Assembly: GCA_964392705.1 (NCBI GenBank)
Contig: CAYMQZ010000001.1
Location: 8,155 to 72,154, forward strand
Direction of reading: 5' to 3'
Length of the DNA stretch: 64,000 nt
Origin: an uncultured Gemmatimonadota bacterium
GTDB lineage: Bacteria > Gemmatimonadota > Gemmatimonadetes > Palauibacterales > Palauibacteraceae
Each line of letters starts with the position of its first letter. The stretch's first letter is position 1. Shown here piece by piece: positions 47,101-58,138 of this stretch. The notes below the pieces were generated by a model. It was not told the origin of the DNA, searched no databases, and saw nothing but the letters and a program-made list of their open reading frames with translations. The position numbers and the translations under genes are program-made.

Positions 47101-48389
47101 TGGGCTTCCCCCACGGGCACGAGCGCGAGACGACGACGCTTCTCTCCCGTCACTTCGGCGACGCCGAGGCGCGGGGGATCGACGCCTGGCTGGAGCGGGG
47201 GGGCTACGATGGCCTCCAGCGCGCGCTCGAGATGGAGCCGGGCGAGATCACGGAGGTGGTGAAGGACTCCGGACTCCGGGGAAGGGGGGGCGCGGGCTTC
47301 CCGACCGGCGTCAAGTGGAGCTTCATGCCCCAGGAGGGGAAGGGTGCGCGTTACCTGTGCTGCAACGCGGACGAGAGCGAGCCGGGCGCCTTCAAGGACC
47401 GCGAGATCCTGCGCTGGGTCCCACACCTGCTGATCGAGGGCTGCCTGATCGCGGCGCGCGCCATCCGGGCCGAGCACATCTACGTCTACGTGCGGGGCGA
47501 GTACTTCCCGTACACGCGGGTCCTGAACGACGCCGTCGTGGAGGCGTACGAGCGCGGCTTCCTCGGGCGGGACATCCGGGGGAGCGGGTGGAGCTGCGAG
47601 CTCACGGTCCACATCGGCGCCGGGGCGTACATCGCGGGCGAGGAGACGGGCCTCATGGCGTCGCTCCAGGGGGGGCGGGCCGAGCCGTGGGTCAAGCCTC
47701 CGTTCCCGGCCCAGCGGGGCGTCTTCGGGAAGCCGACCACGGTGAACAACGTAGAGACGCTGGCGGCCGTCCCGATGATCGTCACGAACGGGGCGGGGTG
47801 GTATCGCCAGTGGGGAAGCGAGAAGAGCCCCGGGACGAAGCTGTGGTGCTGCTCCGGTCACCTGAACCGTCCGGGCAACTACGAGCTGGAGCTGGGCGTG
47901 CCGCTCAGGGACATCATCTTCGACGTGTGCGGCGGGATTCCGGAGGGCCGTAAGGTGCGCGCCGTCATCCCGGGGGGCTCGTCGACCGCCCTCCTGGGGG
48001 CCGACGAGCTGGACTGCGCCACGACCTACGAGGGGCTGCAGGAGGCCGGGAGCGCGCTCGGCACCGCCTCGCCGATCGTGATGGACGAGAGCGCCTGCCT
48101 GCTGCGCGCCATGCGGAGGATCGCCCATTTCTACGCCCACGAGTCGTGCGGCCAGTGCGTCCAGTGTCGGGAAGGGACGGCCTGGATCACGAAGATCCTC
48201 CGCCGCATCGAGGAGGGCGACGGGCGGATGGTGGACATCGACACGCTCTACGACCTGTGCGAGCAGCTCACCGGGCGGACGATCTGCGTGCTCGCCGACA
48301 GCGTGGTGTTTCCGCTCAAGTCCTCGCTGGACAAGTTCCGCGACGAGTACGAGGCGCACATCGCGAGGGACGCGTGCACGGCCAGCTGA
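47100..48389 (+). CDS. nuoF: NADH-quinone oxidoreductase subunit F (FMN, 4Fe-4S)
   Basis: GRGGAGFPTGVKW, NADESEPGAFKDR and ESCGQCVQCREGT. ATG overlaps the nuoE stop (TGATG). Confidence 0.95.
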   Translation: MGFPHGHERETTTLLSRHFGDAEARGIDAWLERGGYDGLQRALEMEPGEITEVVKDSGLRGRGGAGFPTGVKWSFMPQEGKGARYLCCNADESEPGAFKDREILRWVPHLLIEGCLIAARAIRAEHIYVYVRGEYFPYTRVLNDAVVEAYERGFLGRDIRGSGWSCELTVHIGAGAYIAGEETGLMASLQGGRAEPWVKPPFPAQRGVFGKPTTVNNVETLAAVPMIVTNGAGWYRQWGSEKSPGTKLWCCSGHLNRPGNYELELGVPLRDIIFDVCGGIPEGRKVRAVIPGGSSTALLGADELDCATTYEGLQEAGSALGTASPIVMDESACLLRAMRRIAHFYAHESCGQCVQCREGTAWITKILRRIEEGDGRMVDIDTLYDLCEQLTGRTICVLADSVVFPLKSSLDKFRDEYEAHIARDACTAS

Positions 48390-48413
48390 TGGTCCCCGGA
48401 ACGTTGGCTGGCC

Positions 48414-50093
48414 GTGCCCTCGTCCGGCGAGGGGAGGGACGGCATGGTTGACGGGGCCGGCGAGCGGGTCGGGCTGACGGTCGACGGGGTCCCGGTCACG
48501 GTTCCCAAGGGGACGCGCGTGATCGAGGCCGCGGAGCGGGCGGGGGTCGTGGTGCCCCGCTACTGCTATCATCCCGGGATCCCGGGCCGGCCGGCGCAGT
48601 GCCGGATCTGCCTGGTGGAGGTCGAGGGCCAGGCGAAGCTGCAGCCGTCGTGCATCCTCCCGGCGCAGGACGGGATGGAGGTGTGGACCGACAGCGAGAA
48701 GGCCCGGCAGGCCCGCAAGTCGGTCATCGAGTTCCTGCTCGTGAACCACCCGCTGGACTGCCCGATCTGCGACGCGGCCGGGCAGTGCATGCTGCAGGAT
48801 TACGCGTTCGAGACCGGGCAGCTCGAGAGCCGGCTGAACGAGGAAAAGCTGGTGATGGGCCGCGACCGGATCGCGGACGACATCCTCTACTTCGCCGACC
48901 GCTGCATCATCTGCACCCGCTGCGTGCGCTTCATGCGGGAGGTCGCGCAGGATGACGCGCTGATCGTCGCCCAGCGGGGCCACAAGGCCTACATCGACAC
49001 CTTTCCCGGGGCGACGCTGGACAACCCGTTCCGGGGCAACATCGTGGATGTGTGCCCCGTGGGGGCGCTGGTCCACGAGGACTTCCTGTTCAAAGCCCGC
49101 GCCTGGGACCTGGACAAGACGCCGTCCGTCTGCCCGGGCTGCTCCACCGGCTGCAACGTGACGATCGACACGAAGGAGAACCAGATCGTCCGGCTGAAGC
49201 CGCGCTACAACGCCGACGTGAACTCCTACTGGATGTGCGATTACGGCCGGAAGCACCTGGTGATGTCGAACCGGGGGCTGCGACTGGAGGTCCCGTTCGT
49301 CCGCGAGGACGGCGAGCTGGTCCCCACCGACTGGAAGCCGGCCCTGGACCGCGCCGCCGAACGGATCCGGGAGCTGCGCGAGTCCGGCGGCGGAGCGGGG
49401 AAGGGATCGGCCATCGTCTCGGCGGGCTCTTCGAACGAGAGCCTGTTCTACTTCCGACGCCTCCTCGAGCTGCTCGGGATCCGGGGCGGCGCGTTTCGCG
49501 TCGAGACCGGCGATACGGCGGCGCTCCCCGGCTTCCCGAAGCTCGAGCTGCGGGCGGATCGCGCCCCGAACGCGACGGGGGCGGAGGCGCTCGGCTTCCG
49601 GCGGGAGCGCGATCTCCCGGTTCCGGGCGAGGACGCGATCGTGGCGGTGCTCGAGGAGGAGCTGACCGAAGCGCCGGAGGATTTCGGGGCGGAAGCGGCG
49701 TTCTTCCTCTACCTGGGGACGCGGCTCGGCCCGGCGGCACGGAACGCGGACCTGGCTCTCCCCGTCACCACGTTCGCCGAGACGGAGGGCACCTTCACGA
49801 ACTTCGAGGGGCGCGTGCAACGGTTCGGCCAGGCACTGCAGCCGCCGGGCATCGCGCGTCCCGCCTGGATGGTCCTGAGCCGGATCCTGGCGGAGCTGGA
49901 CGAGGGCGAGACCGCGCTCGACGCCCGGAGGGCGTTCGGGGTCATGACGGCGGCTGTCCCGACCTTCCGCGGGCTGGATTGGGATCGGCTCGGCCTCAAG
50001 GGAGCGCCGGCCCCGGGAGCTTCCGGGGTCGAGGCGGGAGCCTCCGCGGCCGGGACGGGCGCCGGCGCGGCGGCGGGTCCGGAGGGCGGCTGA
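48414..50093 (+). CDS. nuoG: NADH-quinone oxidoreductase subunit G (short, about 550-aa form)
   Basis: 2Fe-2S/4Fe-4S N-terminal domain CYHPGIPGRPAQCRICLVEV...HPLDCPICDAAGQCMLQD...CIICTRCVRF...VCPVGAL. Confidence 0.9.
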   Translation: MPSSGEGRDGMVDGAGERVGLTVDGVPVTVPKGTRVIEAAERAGVVVPRYCYHPGIPGRPAQCRICLVEVEGQAKLQPSCILPAQDGMEVWTDSEKARQARKSVIEFLLVNHPLDCPICDAAGQCMLQDYAFETGQLESRLNEEKLVMGRDRIADDILYFADRCIICTRCVRFMREVAQDDALIVAQRGHKAYIDTFPGATLDNPFRGNIVDVCPVGALVHEDFLFKARAWDLDKTPSVCPGCSTGCNVTIDTKENQIVRLKPRYNADVNSYWMCDYGRKHLVMSNRGLRLEVPFVREDGELVPTDWKPALDRAAERIRELRESGGGAGKGSAIVSAGSSNESLFYFRRLLELLGIRGGAFRVETGDTAALPGFPKLELRADRAPNATGAEALGFRRERDLPVPGEDAIVAVLEEELTEAPEDFGAEAAFFLYLGTRLGPAARNADLALPVTTFAETEGTFTNFEGRVQRFGQALQPPGIARPAWMVLSRILAELDEGETALDARRAFGVMTAAVPTFRGLDWDRLGLKGAPAPGASGVEAGASAAGTGAGAAAGPEGG

Positions 50094-51343
50094 TGGTGCC
50101 GACGGGTCTCGCGGCGGGGCTGCTCGGGGTGGCGAAGACCGTCGCCTTCTTCACGATCCTGATGCTCCTGATCCCGCTCCTGGTGTTGATGGAGCGGAAG
50201 GTGGCGGGCTTCATCCAGGACCGGAGCGGGCCCAACCGCGTGGGGCCGTGGGGGCTCCTCCAGGCGGTGGCCGACGGGCTCAAGTTCCTACTCAAGGAGG
50301 ACCTCATCCCGCGGGAAGCGAACCGCGGATTCTTCCTGCTCGCGCCGCTCATGGCGATGGTTCCGGCCACGGTGTTGTTCGCCGTGATCCCGTTCGCCTC
50401 GCCCGCCCCCACGCCCTGGGGCGTGACGGAGATGATGGTGGCCGACGCCCCGATCGGCTTCCTCTACGTCCTCGCCATCGCGTCGCTCGGCGTCTACGGC
50501 GTGGTCATGGCGGGCTGGTCGTCGGGAAGCAAGTATTCCTTCCTCGGCGGCCTGCGCGGGTCCGCGCAGATGGTCAGCTACGAGGTCGGCCTGGCGCTGA
50601 GCCTCGTCCCGGTCGTGCTGCTGGCGGGCGACGTCCGCGTTCCCCGGCTCGTGGCGCTCCAGCAGGGGTTCGGGGCCGGCGGGCCGGACAGCCTGGGCGT
50701 CTGGCTCGTGCTGCCGCTGTTCCTGGGCGCCTTCTTCTTCTTCGTCTCCGGTCTGGCCGAGACCAACCGGCTCCCCTTCGACCTTCCCGAGGCGGAGGCG
50801 GAGCTGATCGCCGGGTATCACACGGAGTACTCGGCCATGAAGTTCGGGATGTTCTTCCTGGGCGAGTACGCGCACATTCTCACCACGGCGGCGCTCGTGA
50901 CGGTCTTCTTCCTCGGCGGCTGGGACATCCCGTTCTGGCGCGGCGACAACATCGCGATCCTGGCCGACGGCACGGTGGTGGGGGAGCCGGCCTGGTGGAA
51001 GACGCTGCTCACGATGGGGGCCTTCGGGCTCAAGACCGGCGTCGTCGTGCTCCTGTTCATGTGGATCCGCTGGACGCTGCCCCGCTTCCGGTACGATCAG
51101 CTCATGGACCTGGGGTGGAAGTTCGTGATCGAGGCCGTCACCCTGTACATCCTGATCGTGGCCGGCGCGATCCTCGCGCTGGATGCGGCGGCGGTTCCGT
51201 TCGGCCTCGCGTACGCAGGGATCCTGACCGGGCTGAACGTCGTGCTGGCGGGCCTGCTGTTCTTCGCCGTGGACCGGGGCGTCCGGATCCGCGGCGCCGC
51301 CTACCGCGGCGGGCGCGGGGGCCCGGGGCGGCGGGCAGCCTAG
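50093..51343 (+). CDS. nuoH: NADH-quinone oxidoreductase subunit H
   Basis: MERKVAGFIQDRSGPNRVGPWGLLQ and NRLPFDLPEAEAELIAGYHTEYS. ATG overlaps the nuoG stop by 1 nt. Confidence 0.95.
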   Translation: MVPTGLAAGLLGVAKTVAFFTILMLLIPLLVLMERKVAGFIQDRSGPNRVGPWGLLQAVADGLKFLLKEDLIPREANRGFFLLAPLMAMVPATVLFAVIPFASPAPTPWGVTEMMVADAPIGFLYVLAIASLGVYGVVMAGWSSGSKYSFLGGLRGSAQMVSYEVGLALSLVPVVLLAGDVRVPRLVALQQGFGAGGPDSLGVWLVLPLFLGAFFFFVSGLAETNRLPFDLPEAEAELIAGYHTEYSAMKFGMFFLGEYAHILTTAALVTVFFLGGWDIPFWRGDNIAILADGTVVGEPAWWKTLLTMGAFGLKTGVVVLLFMWIRWTLPRFRYDQLMDLGWKFVIEAVTLYILIVAGAILALDAAAVPFGLAYAGILTGLNVVLAGLLFFAVDRGVRIRGAAYRGGRGGPGRRAA

Positions 51344-51394
51344 GAGCCTGGGCGCCGAGAGTCGCGACCACGGACCTTTAGGGGAAGAGGAGCC

Positions 51395-51892
51395 ATGCCG
51401 GGAGGAATCAAAGTCGTCGAGCGGCCGGAGCGCGAGAGCTCCTACGTGCGGGCGGCCGTGAAGGGGATGGGGGTGACCCTGAAGCATCTGGTGAACCCCC
51501 ACAAGGTCACGCAGCAGTATCCGGACGAGAAGTGGGAGCTCGCCCCCCGCACGCGCGGAACGCACCGGATGGCCACGCACGAGGACGGGCGGGCCAAGTG
51601 CGTGGCGTGCGGGCTGTGTCCGACGGTGTGCCCGGTGAACTGCATCAAGCTGATCCCGGCAGAGGACGAGAACGGGGAGCGCTACGCCGCGGTCTACGAG
51701 ATCGACGAGTTCCGCTGCATCTTCTGCGGATACTGCCAGGAGGTGTGTCCGGTCGAGGCGATCCATCTGGGCGTGCACTACGAGAACTCGGAGTACACCC
51801 GGGAACGCTGGGTCTACGACCTGGAGCGGCTCTGCGAGCAGGACCACCCGTTCACGGCCCTGTGGGAGCCGTCGGACCCGCTGTCGGAGTGA
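51395..51892 (+). CDS. nuoI: NADH-quinone oxidoreductase subunit I (2x 4Fe-4S ferredoxin)
   Basis: CVACGLCPTVCP and CIFCGYCQEVCP. Confidence 0.95.
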   Translation: MPGGIKVVERPERESSYVRAAVKGMGVTLKHLVNPHKVTQQYPDEKWELAPRTRGTHRMATHEDGRAKCVACGLCPTVCPVNCIKLIPAEDENGERYAAVYEIDEFRCIFCGYCQEVCPVEAIHLGVHYENSEYTRERWVYDLERLCEQDHPFTALWEPSDPLSE

Positions 51893-51947
51893 GGCCGGCG
51901 CCGGTGGTCCCGGAGGCGGGATCCGCGGGACGGGACGGACGGCGCCG

Positions 51948-52466
51948 ATGATCGCCGACCTCCTCTTCTTCGCCTTCGCGGCGGCATCCATCCTGGGGGC
52001 CGTGCTCGTGATCACGCGCAAGAACCCCGTCGCGAGCGTGCTGTGGCTCGTGGTCGTGTTCTTCAGCCTGTCGGGGCTGTTCGTGCTCCTGGAGGCCCAC
52101 TTCATCGCGGCGCTGCAGGTGATCCTCTACGCGGGCGCCATCATGGTGCTGTTCCTGTTCGTGGTGATGCTCCTGAACCTGGGACACGGCTCGGCCGAGG
52201 ACATCCGGGGCCCGACCGGACGGTTCGTGGCGGGGACCCTGGGCCTGGCCCTGGCGGGGACGGTGACGAAGCTACTGCTCGCCGAGCCCTCCTCGCTGCC
52301 CCGCGGCGAGCACGCCATGCGGGCGGCCCTGTCCGAGAAGGGAGTGGTGGGCGCGGTGGCCGAGCCGCTGTTCCGGGACTACATGGTGCCGTTCGAGCTG
52401 ACGGGCCTCCTGCTGCTCGTGGCGATGGTGGGGGCGATCGTGCTGGCGCGGAGGCGCGCGCCGTGA
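51948..52466 (+). CDS. nuoJ: NADH-quinone oxidoreductase subunit J
   Basis: Five-TM protein with the typical [20 protein letters not shown] block. Confidence 0.9.
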   Translation: MIADLLFFAFAAASILGAVLVITRKNPVASVLWLVVVFFSLSGLFVLLEAHFIAALQVILYAGAIMVLFLFVVMLLNLGHGSAEDIRGPTGRFVAGTLGLALAGTVTKLLLAEPSSLPRGEHAMRAALSEKGVVGAVAEPLFRDYMVPFELTGLLLLVAMVGAIVLARRRAP

Positions 52467-52774
52467 CCGGATTCCCGGGCCACGGCGAGATGGCGCTGGT
52501 GGTGAGCGCGATCCTGTTCGCGGTCGGGGTGGCCGGGGTCCTCCTGCGACGGAACGCGATCATCGTCTTCATGTGCGTGGAGCTGATGCTGAACGCCGTG
52601 AACCTGACCCTCGTCGCGCTCTCCGGGGCGCACGGGGTCGAGGGCCAATTGCTGGTGTTCTTCGCGATGGCCGTGGCGGCGGCGGAGGCGGCGGTGGGGC
52701 TGGCCATCATCATCGCCATCTTCCGCCACTACGAGAGCGTGGACCTCGGGCGCTTCAACCTGCTGCGATGGTGA
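52463..52774 (+). CDS. nuoK: NADH-quinone oxidoreductase subunit K
   Basis: [35 protein letters not shown]... GTG start overlaps the nuoJ stop (GTGA). An alternative ATG at 52490 is possible. Confidence 0.88.
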   Translation: MTGFPGHGEMALVVSAILFAVGVAGVLLRRNAIIVFMCVELMLNAVNLTLVALSGAHGVEGQLLVFFAMAVAAAEAAVGLAIIIAIFRHYESVDLGRFNLLRW

Positions 52775-54882
52775 GGCCGACCGGCCGCAGCGCCCGCGTC
52801 GCGCCCGGGCTGGCGGCGATCGGAGCCGTGCTCGCCGGGCTTCCCCAGCCCCTGGGCGCCCTGCAGGAGGCCGGGGCGGCCGGGGCCGCGCACGGGGCGG
52901 ACTTCGACCCCATCCTCCCGGGGCTGATCCTGCTGCTCCCGCTCCTGGGCGCCCTGGTGAACGGCGTCGGCGCGTTCGCGTGGCGGGAAAGCCGCACGGT
53001 CCCCGCGATCGTGGGTCCCGCCTCCGTGCTGGCGGCCTTCGCGCTGGTCGTCGCCAACTTCCTCGCCATGGTGCCCGCCTCGCCGCACGATCCCGCGATC
53101 GTCTCGCTCTGGACCTGGATCGCCGCCGGCGGGCTCGAGATCGGGGTCGACCTGCAGTTCGACCGGCTCTCGGTCCTCATGGGGCTCATCGTGACGGGCG
53201 TGGGAGGGATCATCCACGTCTACAGCGTGGGCTACATGCGCGAGGACCCCGGATTCTCGCGGTATTTCGCCTACCTGAACCTGTTCGTCTTCTTCATGCT
53301 GGCGCTCGTGTTCGGGGCGAACTTCCCGGTGATGTTCGTGGGCTGGGAGGGCGTCGGGCTCTGCTCGTATCTGCTGATCGGCTTCTGGTACGAGGTCCCC
53401 GAGTACTCCGACGCGGGGAAGAAGGCGTTCATCGTGAACCGCATCGGCGACGCGGGCTTCCTGGTCGCCATGTTCCTCCTGTTCACGGCCTTCGGGACGC
53501 TCGACTTCCTGCCGATCTTCGAGCGGGCTCCGGCCGCGCTGGAAGGCGGGGGGCCGCTGGTCACGGCGATCACGCTGCTGCTCTTCCTGGGCTGCACGGG
53601 GAAGTCGGCCCAGATCCCGCTCCACGTCTGGCTGCCGGACGCCATGGCGGGTCCGACGCCCGTCTCCGCCCTGATCCACGCGGCCACCATGGTGACCGCC
53701 GGCGTCTACCTCGTGGCGCGGGCCGGGGTGCTGTTCGCCCTGGCCCCCGTCTCGCAGGCGGTCGTGGCGGCGGTGGGGGCCGGCACGGCGCTGTTCGCGG
53801 CCACGATCGCGCTCCAGCAGTACGACATCAAGAAGGTGCTGGCCTACAGCACGATCTCGCAGCTGGGCTACATGTTCCTGGCGGTCGGGATCGGGGCCTT
53901 CACGGCCGGGATCTTCCACCTGATGACGCACGCCTTCTTCAAGGCGCTCCTCTTCCTCGGGGCGGGGGCGGTGATCCACGCGGTCGAGGGCGCCTGGCAC
54001 GCGGTGGGCGAAGGCGGGGACCCGAACGACATGCGGAACCACGGCGGACTGCGGCGGGCGATGCCGATCACCACCGCGACCATGTGGGTCGCCACCTTGG
54101 CGATCGCCGGCGTCTTCCCGTTCGCCGGGTTCTTCTCGAAGGACGAGATCATCTGGGCGGCCGGCGCGCGCGGCTACGGGGTCCTGTGGGGCGTGGCGAT
54201 CGTGACGGCTCTCCTCACGGCCGCCTACATGACGCGCCTCATGGTCATGACCTTCCACGGGGAGTCCCGCACGGGAGAGGAGGCCCGGTCCCGCCTGCAC
54301 GAGGCGCCGGCCGTGATGTGGGTGCCGCTCGTCATCCTCGGGCTCCTCTCCGTCGTCGGGGGATGGGTGAACATCCCCGAGGCGCTTCCGCTCCCTCACA
54401 TCGAGGCGCTCCACGCCTGGCTCGAGCCGGTCTTCGAGCCGGCCCTGGCCCTCGCGACGGCGGAGGGCGCCGGGATGGCCCACGCGGCGCCGCTCGGCGG
54501 CGGGGAAGCCCTGTGGGCCGCCATCTCCACCACCCTCGCGCTGGTGGTCGTCCTCCTCACCTTCCGGGCGCTGGCGGCGCGGCGTTACCCATCCGCGGCC
54601 GAGGCTCCCGAGCCGACCGGTCTCGGCCGGGTCCTGTACCGGAAATGGTACGTGGACGAGCTGTACGATCGGATCGTGGTGCGTCCGCTCCTGGCGTTGT
54701 GGCGGGCCTGCTGGCGCGTGGTGGACGAGGGCCTGGTGGACGGGGCCGTGAACGGCGTGGCCGGAGCGAGCCGGATCGCGGGCTGGTTGGGCAGCCAGCT
54801 GCAGAGCGGGCGCGTGAGCACGTACGTGTTCTTCTTCGTGGTGGGCGCGATCCTGATCCTCGGGTCCTTCGCGTTCGGATAG
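52768..54882 (+). CDS. nuoL: NADH-quinone oxidoreductase subunit L (with about 50-aa N-terminal extension)
   Basis: Antiporter-like core ([28 protein letters not shown]). The start region overlaps the nuoK end (ATGGTGA). Confidence 0.9.
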   Translation: MVRPTGRSARVAPGLAAIGAVLAGLPQPLGALQEAGAAGAAHGADFDPILPGLILLLPLLGALVNGVGAFAWRESRTVPAIVGPASVLAAFALVVANFLAMVPASPHDPAIVSLWTWIAAGGLEIGVDLQFDRLSVLMGLIVTGVGGIIHVYSVGYMREDPGFSRYFAYLNLFVFFMLALVFGANFPVMFVGWEGVGLCSYLLIGFWYEVPEYSDAGKKAFIVNRIGDAGFLVAMFLLFTAFGTLDFLPIFERAPAALEGGGPLVTAITLLLFLGCTGKSAQIPLHVWLPDAMAGPTPVSALIHAATMVTAGVYLVARAGVLFALAPVSQAVVAAVGAGTALFAATIALQQYDIKKVLAYSTISQLGYMFLAVGIGAFTAGIFHLMTHAFFKALLFLGAGAVIHAVEGAWHAVGEGGDPNDMRNHGGLRRAMPITTATMWVATLAIAGVFPFAGFFSKDEIIWAAGARGYGVLWGVAIVTALLTAAYMTRLMVMTFHGESRTGEEARSRLHEAPAVMWVPLVILGLLSVVGGWVNIPEALPLPHIEALHAWLEPVFEPALALATAEGAGMAHAAPLGGGEALWAAISTTLALVVVLLTFRALAARRYPSAAEAPEPTGLGRVLYRKWYVDELYDRIVVRPLLALWRACWRVVDEGLVDGAVNGVAGASRIAGWLGSQLQSGRVSTYVFFFVVGAILILGSFAFG

Positions 54883-54884
54883 AT

Positions 54885-56561
54885 ATGATCGAGAGCCTGT
54901 ACGAGAGCCACTGGATCCTGACGTCCCTGCTGGCGGTGCCGCTGGCGGGGGGGCTGGCGTGCTTCGCCGTCCCGGAGGAGCGCGCGAGGAGCGTGGCGCT
55001 GGCGACGACCCTGGTCGAGCTGGCCCTGGCCCTGCCGCTGTTCTGGACCTTCGAGACGGGCACCGCCGCCTTCCAGAACCAGGCCTCGGTGCCCTGGATC
55101 GAGGCGTGGGGGATCCGGTACGCCGTGGGGCTGGACGGGATCTCGCTCCTCATGCTGCTGCTCACGGCGTTCGTGATGCCGCTCGCCGTGGCGGGCTCCT
55201 TCGCCTACATCGAGCGTCGCCGGCGCAGCTACTACGCCCTGCTGCTGCTGCTCGAGACGGGCATGCTCGGGGTGTTCGTCGCGCTCGACCTCTTCCTCTT
55301 CTACGTGTTCTGGGAGATCACCCTGATCCCGATGTACTTCATCATCGGGGTGTGGGGGAGCGACCGTCGGATCTACTCGGCGGTCAAGTTCATCCTCTAC
55401 ACGGCCGCCGGCTCGCTCCTGATGCTGGTGGCGATCGTCGGGCTCGTGTACCTGTCCGCCGGGCAGACGGGCGAGCCCACCTTCGCCTACGAGCGCCTCC
55501 TGGAGCTGGAGATCGCGAAGGGGGTGCAGCTCTGGCTGTTCGGAGCCTTCGCCCTCGCCTTCGCCATCAAAGTTCCGCTGTTCCCGTTCCACACCTGGCT
55601 GCCCGACGCGCACGTGGACGCGCCGACGGCGGGGTCGGTGATCCTGGCCGGCGTGCTGCTGAAGCTGGGGGGCTACGGCTTCCTTCGCTACGGGCTGCCC
55701 CTGTTCCCCGACGCGGCCACCGATCCGGCGGTGGTGGGCGCGGTGATGACGCTGGGAGTGGTGGGCGTCCTCTACGGCGCCTGGGTGGCGGCGGTGCAGC
55801 CGGACGCCAAGAAGTTGATCGCCTACACGTCGGTGGCCCACATGGGCTTCGTGATGCTGGGGCTCTTCGCCCTGACCGCGCAGGGGTTGCAGGGAGGGAT
55901 CCTCCAGATGGTGAACCACGGGATCTCCACGGGCGCCCTGTTCCTGCTGGTCGGGATGCTGTACGAGCGAAGACACACCCGGGCGATCGCGGACTTCGGA
56001 GGGATCGCGAAGGTGATGCCCGCCTTCGCCCTCGCCTTCGTGGTGGTCGCGCTCTCCTCGATCGGCCTGCCCGGCACGAACGGCTTCGTGGGAGAGTTCC
56101 TGATCCTGCTCGGGACGTTCCGTACGCACCCGGTGACCGCGATCGTGGCCACGGCGGGCGTGATCTTCGCGGCCTGCTACATGCTCCCGATGGTGCAGCG
56201 CATCCTGTTCGAGCGGCTCGACCGCGAGGAGAACCGGCGGCTCGGCGACCTGACGGGCCGGGAGAAAGCGCTCCTCGCCCCGGTCCTCGCCCTCATCCTG
56301 CTGATCGGGGTCCACCCGACGCCGTTCCTGGCTCGGACCGAGGCGTCGGTGGACGCGCTGATCGCCCGGGTCGAGGCGACGCGGACGGTCGGGGCGGCCG
56401 AGGTCGGTTCGGTGACGGGCAGCGACGACCGAGCCCCGTCGAAGACGATCGCCCGCGGCTCGGTCGGGGGGAACGAGCCGGGGGCGTCGGTTCCGGCCGA
56501 AGCGCGCCGGGCCGGGGCCTCGGCGGCGCTTCGCGCCCGGGCCGGAGGCGACGCGCCGTGA
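54885..56561 (+). CDS. nuoM: NADH-quinone oxidoreductase subunit M
   Basis: FHTWLPDAHVDAPTAGSVILAGVLLKLGGYG, a MrpD-like antiporter subunit. Confidence 0.93.
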   Translation: MIESLYESHWILTSLLAVPLAGGLACFAVPEERARSVALATTLVELALALPLFWTFETGTAAFQNQASVPWIEAWGIRYAVGLDGISLLMLLLTAFVMPLAVAGSFAYIERRRRSYYALLLLLETGMLGVFVALDLFLFYVFWEITLIPMYFIIGVWGSDRRIYSAVKFILYTAAGSLLMLVAIVGLVYLSAGQTGEPTFAYERLLELEIAKGVQLWLFGAFALAFAIKVPLFPFHTWLPDAHVDAPTAGSVILAGVLLKLGGYGFLRYGLPLFPDAATDPAVVGAVMTLGVVGVLYGAWVAAVQPDAKKLIAYTSVAHMGFVMLGLFALTAQGLQGGILQMVNHGISTGALFLLVGMLYERRHTRAIADFGGIAKVMPAFALAFVVVALSSIGLPGTNGFVGEFLILLGTFRTHPVTAIVATAGVIFAACYMLPMVQRILFERLDREENRRLGDLTGREKALLAPVLALILLIGVHPTPFLARTEASVDALIARVEATRTVGAAEVGSVTGSDDRAPSKTIARGSVGGNEPGASVPAEARRAGASAALRARAGGDAP

Positions 56562-58138
56562 GCCCCTCGCACGGCGAGCTGCTCCGGGCCCTGCTGCCCG
56601 AGGTCGTGCTGGCCACCGGGGCGATCGTCCTGCTGGTGACCGACGTCTTCGTCCGCGGGGAGGGGGAGCGTCAGAGCGGCCGGTGGGTCGAGCTGCTGGC
56701 CGGGCTGACCGTCCTCGCCTCGGCCGCGACCCTGGTCTGGGTGGCGCGCGGCGGGTCGTCCGGCGGAATGATCGCCACGGACGCCTTCCGGCTCGTCGCG
56801 GGGCTCATCGTGCTGGGCGGCGCGCTGCTGGGGATCGTCTTCTCCTCCGACTACCTGGAGCGGGAGGGGCTGCGCGTCGGGGAGTACTACGTGCTCCTGC
56901 TGCTTTCGACGATCGGGATGCTGGTGCTGGTCGCCGCCCGGGACCTCATCCTGCTGTTCGTGGGCATCGAGCTGATGTCGATCGCCGTCTACGTGCTGAC
57001 GGGCTTCGACCGGCGCCGACCGCGCTCCTCCGAGGCCGGGCTCAAATACTTCCTCGTGGGGGCGTTCGCGAGCGCCTTCCTGCTCTACGGCATCGCCCTG
57101 CTCTACGGGGCCGCGGGGACGACCAGCCTCGTCGGGATCGGTCCGCGGGTGGCCGAGGCGGCCGCGAGGGGGGACCCGTTCCTGGTGGCCGGCCTGGGCC
57201 TCCTGCTGGTCGGGTTGGGCTTCAAGATCTCGGCCGTGCCGTTCCACATGTGGACGCCCGACGCCTACGAGGGCGCCCCGACGCCGGTGACCGGCTTCAT
57301 GGCGGCGGGCGTGAAGGCGGCTGCGTTCGCGGCGCTCCTCCGGGTCGTCACGATCGACCTGGCGCCTGCAGCGGAGGTGTGGCGGATCGTGGTGTGGTGG
57401 CTGGCGATGCTCACCATGATCGTGCCGAACCTGATCGCGCTCGCGCAGGAGGACGTGAAGCGCATGCTGGCCTACTCCTCGGTGGCGCACGCCGGCTACC
57501 TGCTGGTGGGAGTGGTGGCGGGTGGCGCCCTCGGCCGGTCGGCCGCCCTCTTCTACCTGGCCGTCTACACGCTGATGACGCTGGGCGCCTTCGCGATCGT
57601 GTATCACGTGGCGGGAGAGGGCGACGAGAGACAGAGCCTGGCCGACTACCGCGGGCTGGGCTGGCGCCGGCCGGCGCTGGGGCTCGCGCTCGTGGTCTTC
57701 CTCCTCTCCCTGGCGGGCTTCCCCCCGACGGGCGGCTTCGTGGGGAAGCTCTACCTCCTCCGGGCGGCCGTGGACGCGAGGGAGGTGGCCCTGGCGGTCA
57801 CGCTCGTCGTCACCAGCCTGGTCTCCTACTACTACTATTTCCGCGTGGTCTGGAAGATGTACTTCGACGAGGCCCCCGAGCGCGTCGCCGCCCCCGGGGT
57901 TCCGGGTTCCGGGTTCCGGTTGGCGGGTCTCGCCTGCGTTCTGGGGATCCTGCTCGCCGGCCTGCTGCCGGGGCCGGCCGTGCGAGCCCTGGAGCGGGCC
58001 GACGCCGGACCCCCCGCTCCGGTCCGCGTCGAGGCGCTCGAGGCCGCGGCCTCCGGCCGCTCTGCTCCCGGGGAGCTCCGCGGCCCGACCCCCGCGCCGG
58101 CCGATCGTCCGCGGATCGCTAGACAGGAGGCGAGATGA
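56558..58138 (+). CDS. nuoN: NADH-quinone oxidoreductase subunit N
   Basis: FHMWTPDAYEGAPTPVTGFMAAGVKAAAF. GTG overlaps the nuoM stop (GTGA). Confidence 0.92.
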   Translation: MSPSHGELLRALLPEVVLATGAIVLLVTDVFVRGEGERQSGRWVELLAGLTVLASAATLVWVARGGSSGGMIATDAFRLVAGLIVLGGALLGIVFSSDYLEREGLRVGEYYVLLLLSTIGMLVLVAARDLILLFVGIELMSIAVYVLTGFDRRRPRSSEAGLKYFLVGAFASAFLLYGIALLYGAAGTTSLVGIGPRVAEAAARGDPFLVAGLGLLLVGLGFKISAVPFHMWTPDAYEGAPTPVTGFMAAGVKAAAFAALLRVVTIDLAPAAEVWRIVVWWLAMLTMIVPNLIALAQEDVKRMLAYSSVAHAGYLLVGVVAGGALGRSAALFYLAVYTLMTLGAFAIVYHVAGEGDERQSLADYRGLGWRRPALGLALVVFLLSLAGFPPTGGFVGKLYLLRAAVDAREVALAVTLVVTSLVSYYYYFRVVWKMYFDEAPERVAAPGVPGSGFRLAGLACVLGILLAGLLPGPAVRALERADAGPPAPVRVEALEAAASGRSAPGELRGPTPAPADRPRIARQEAR

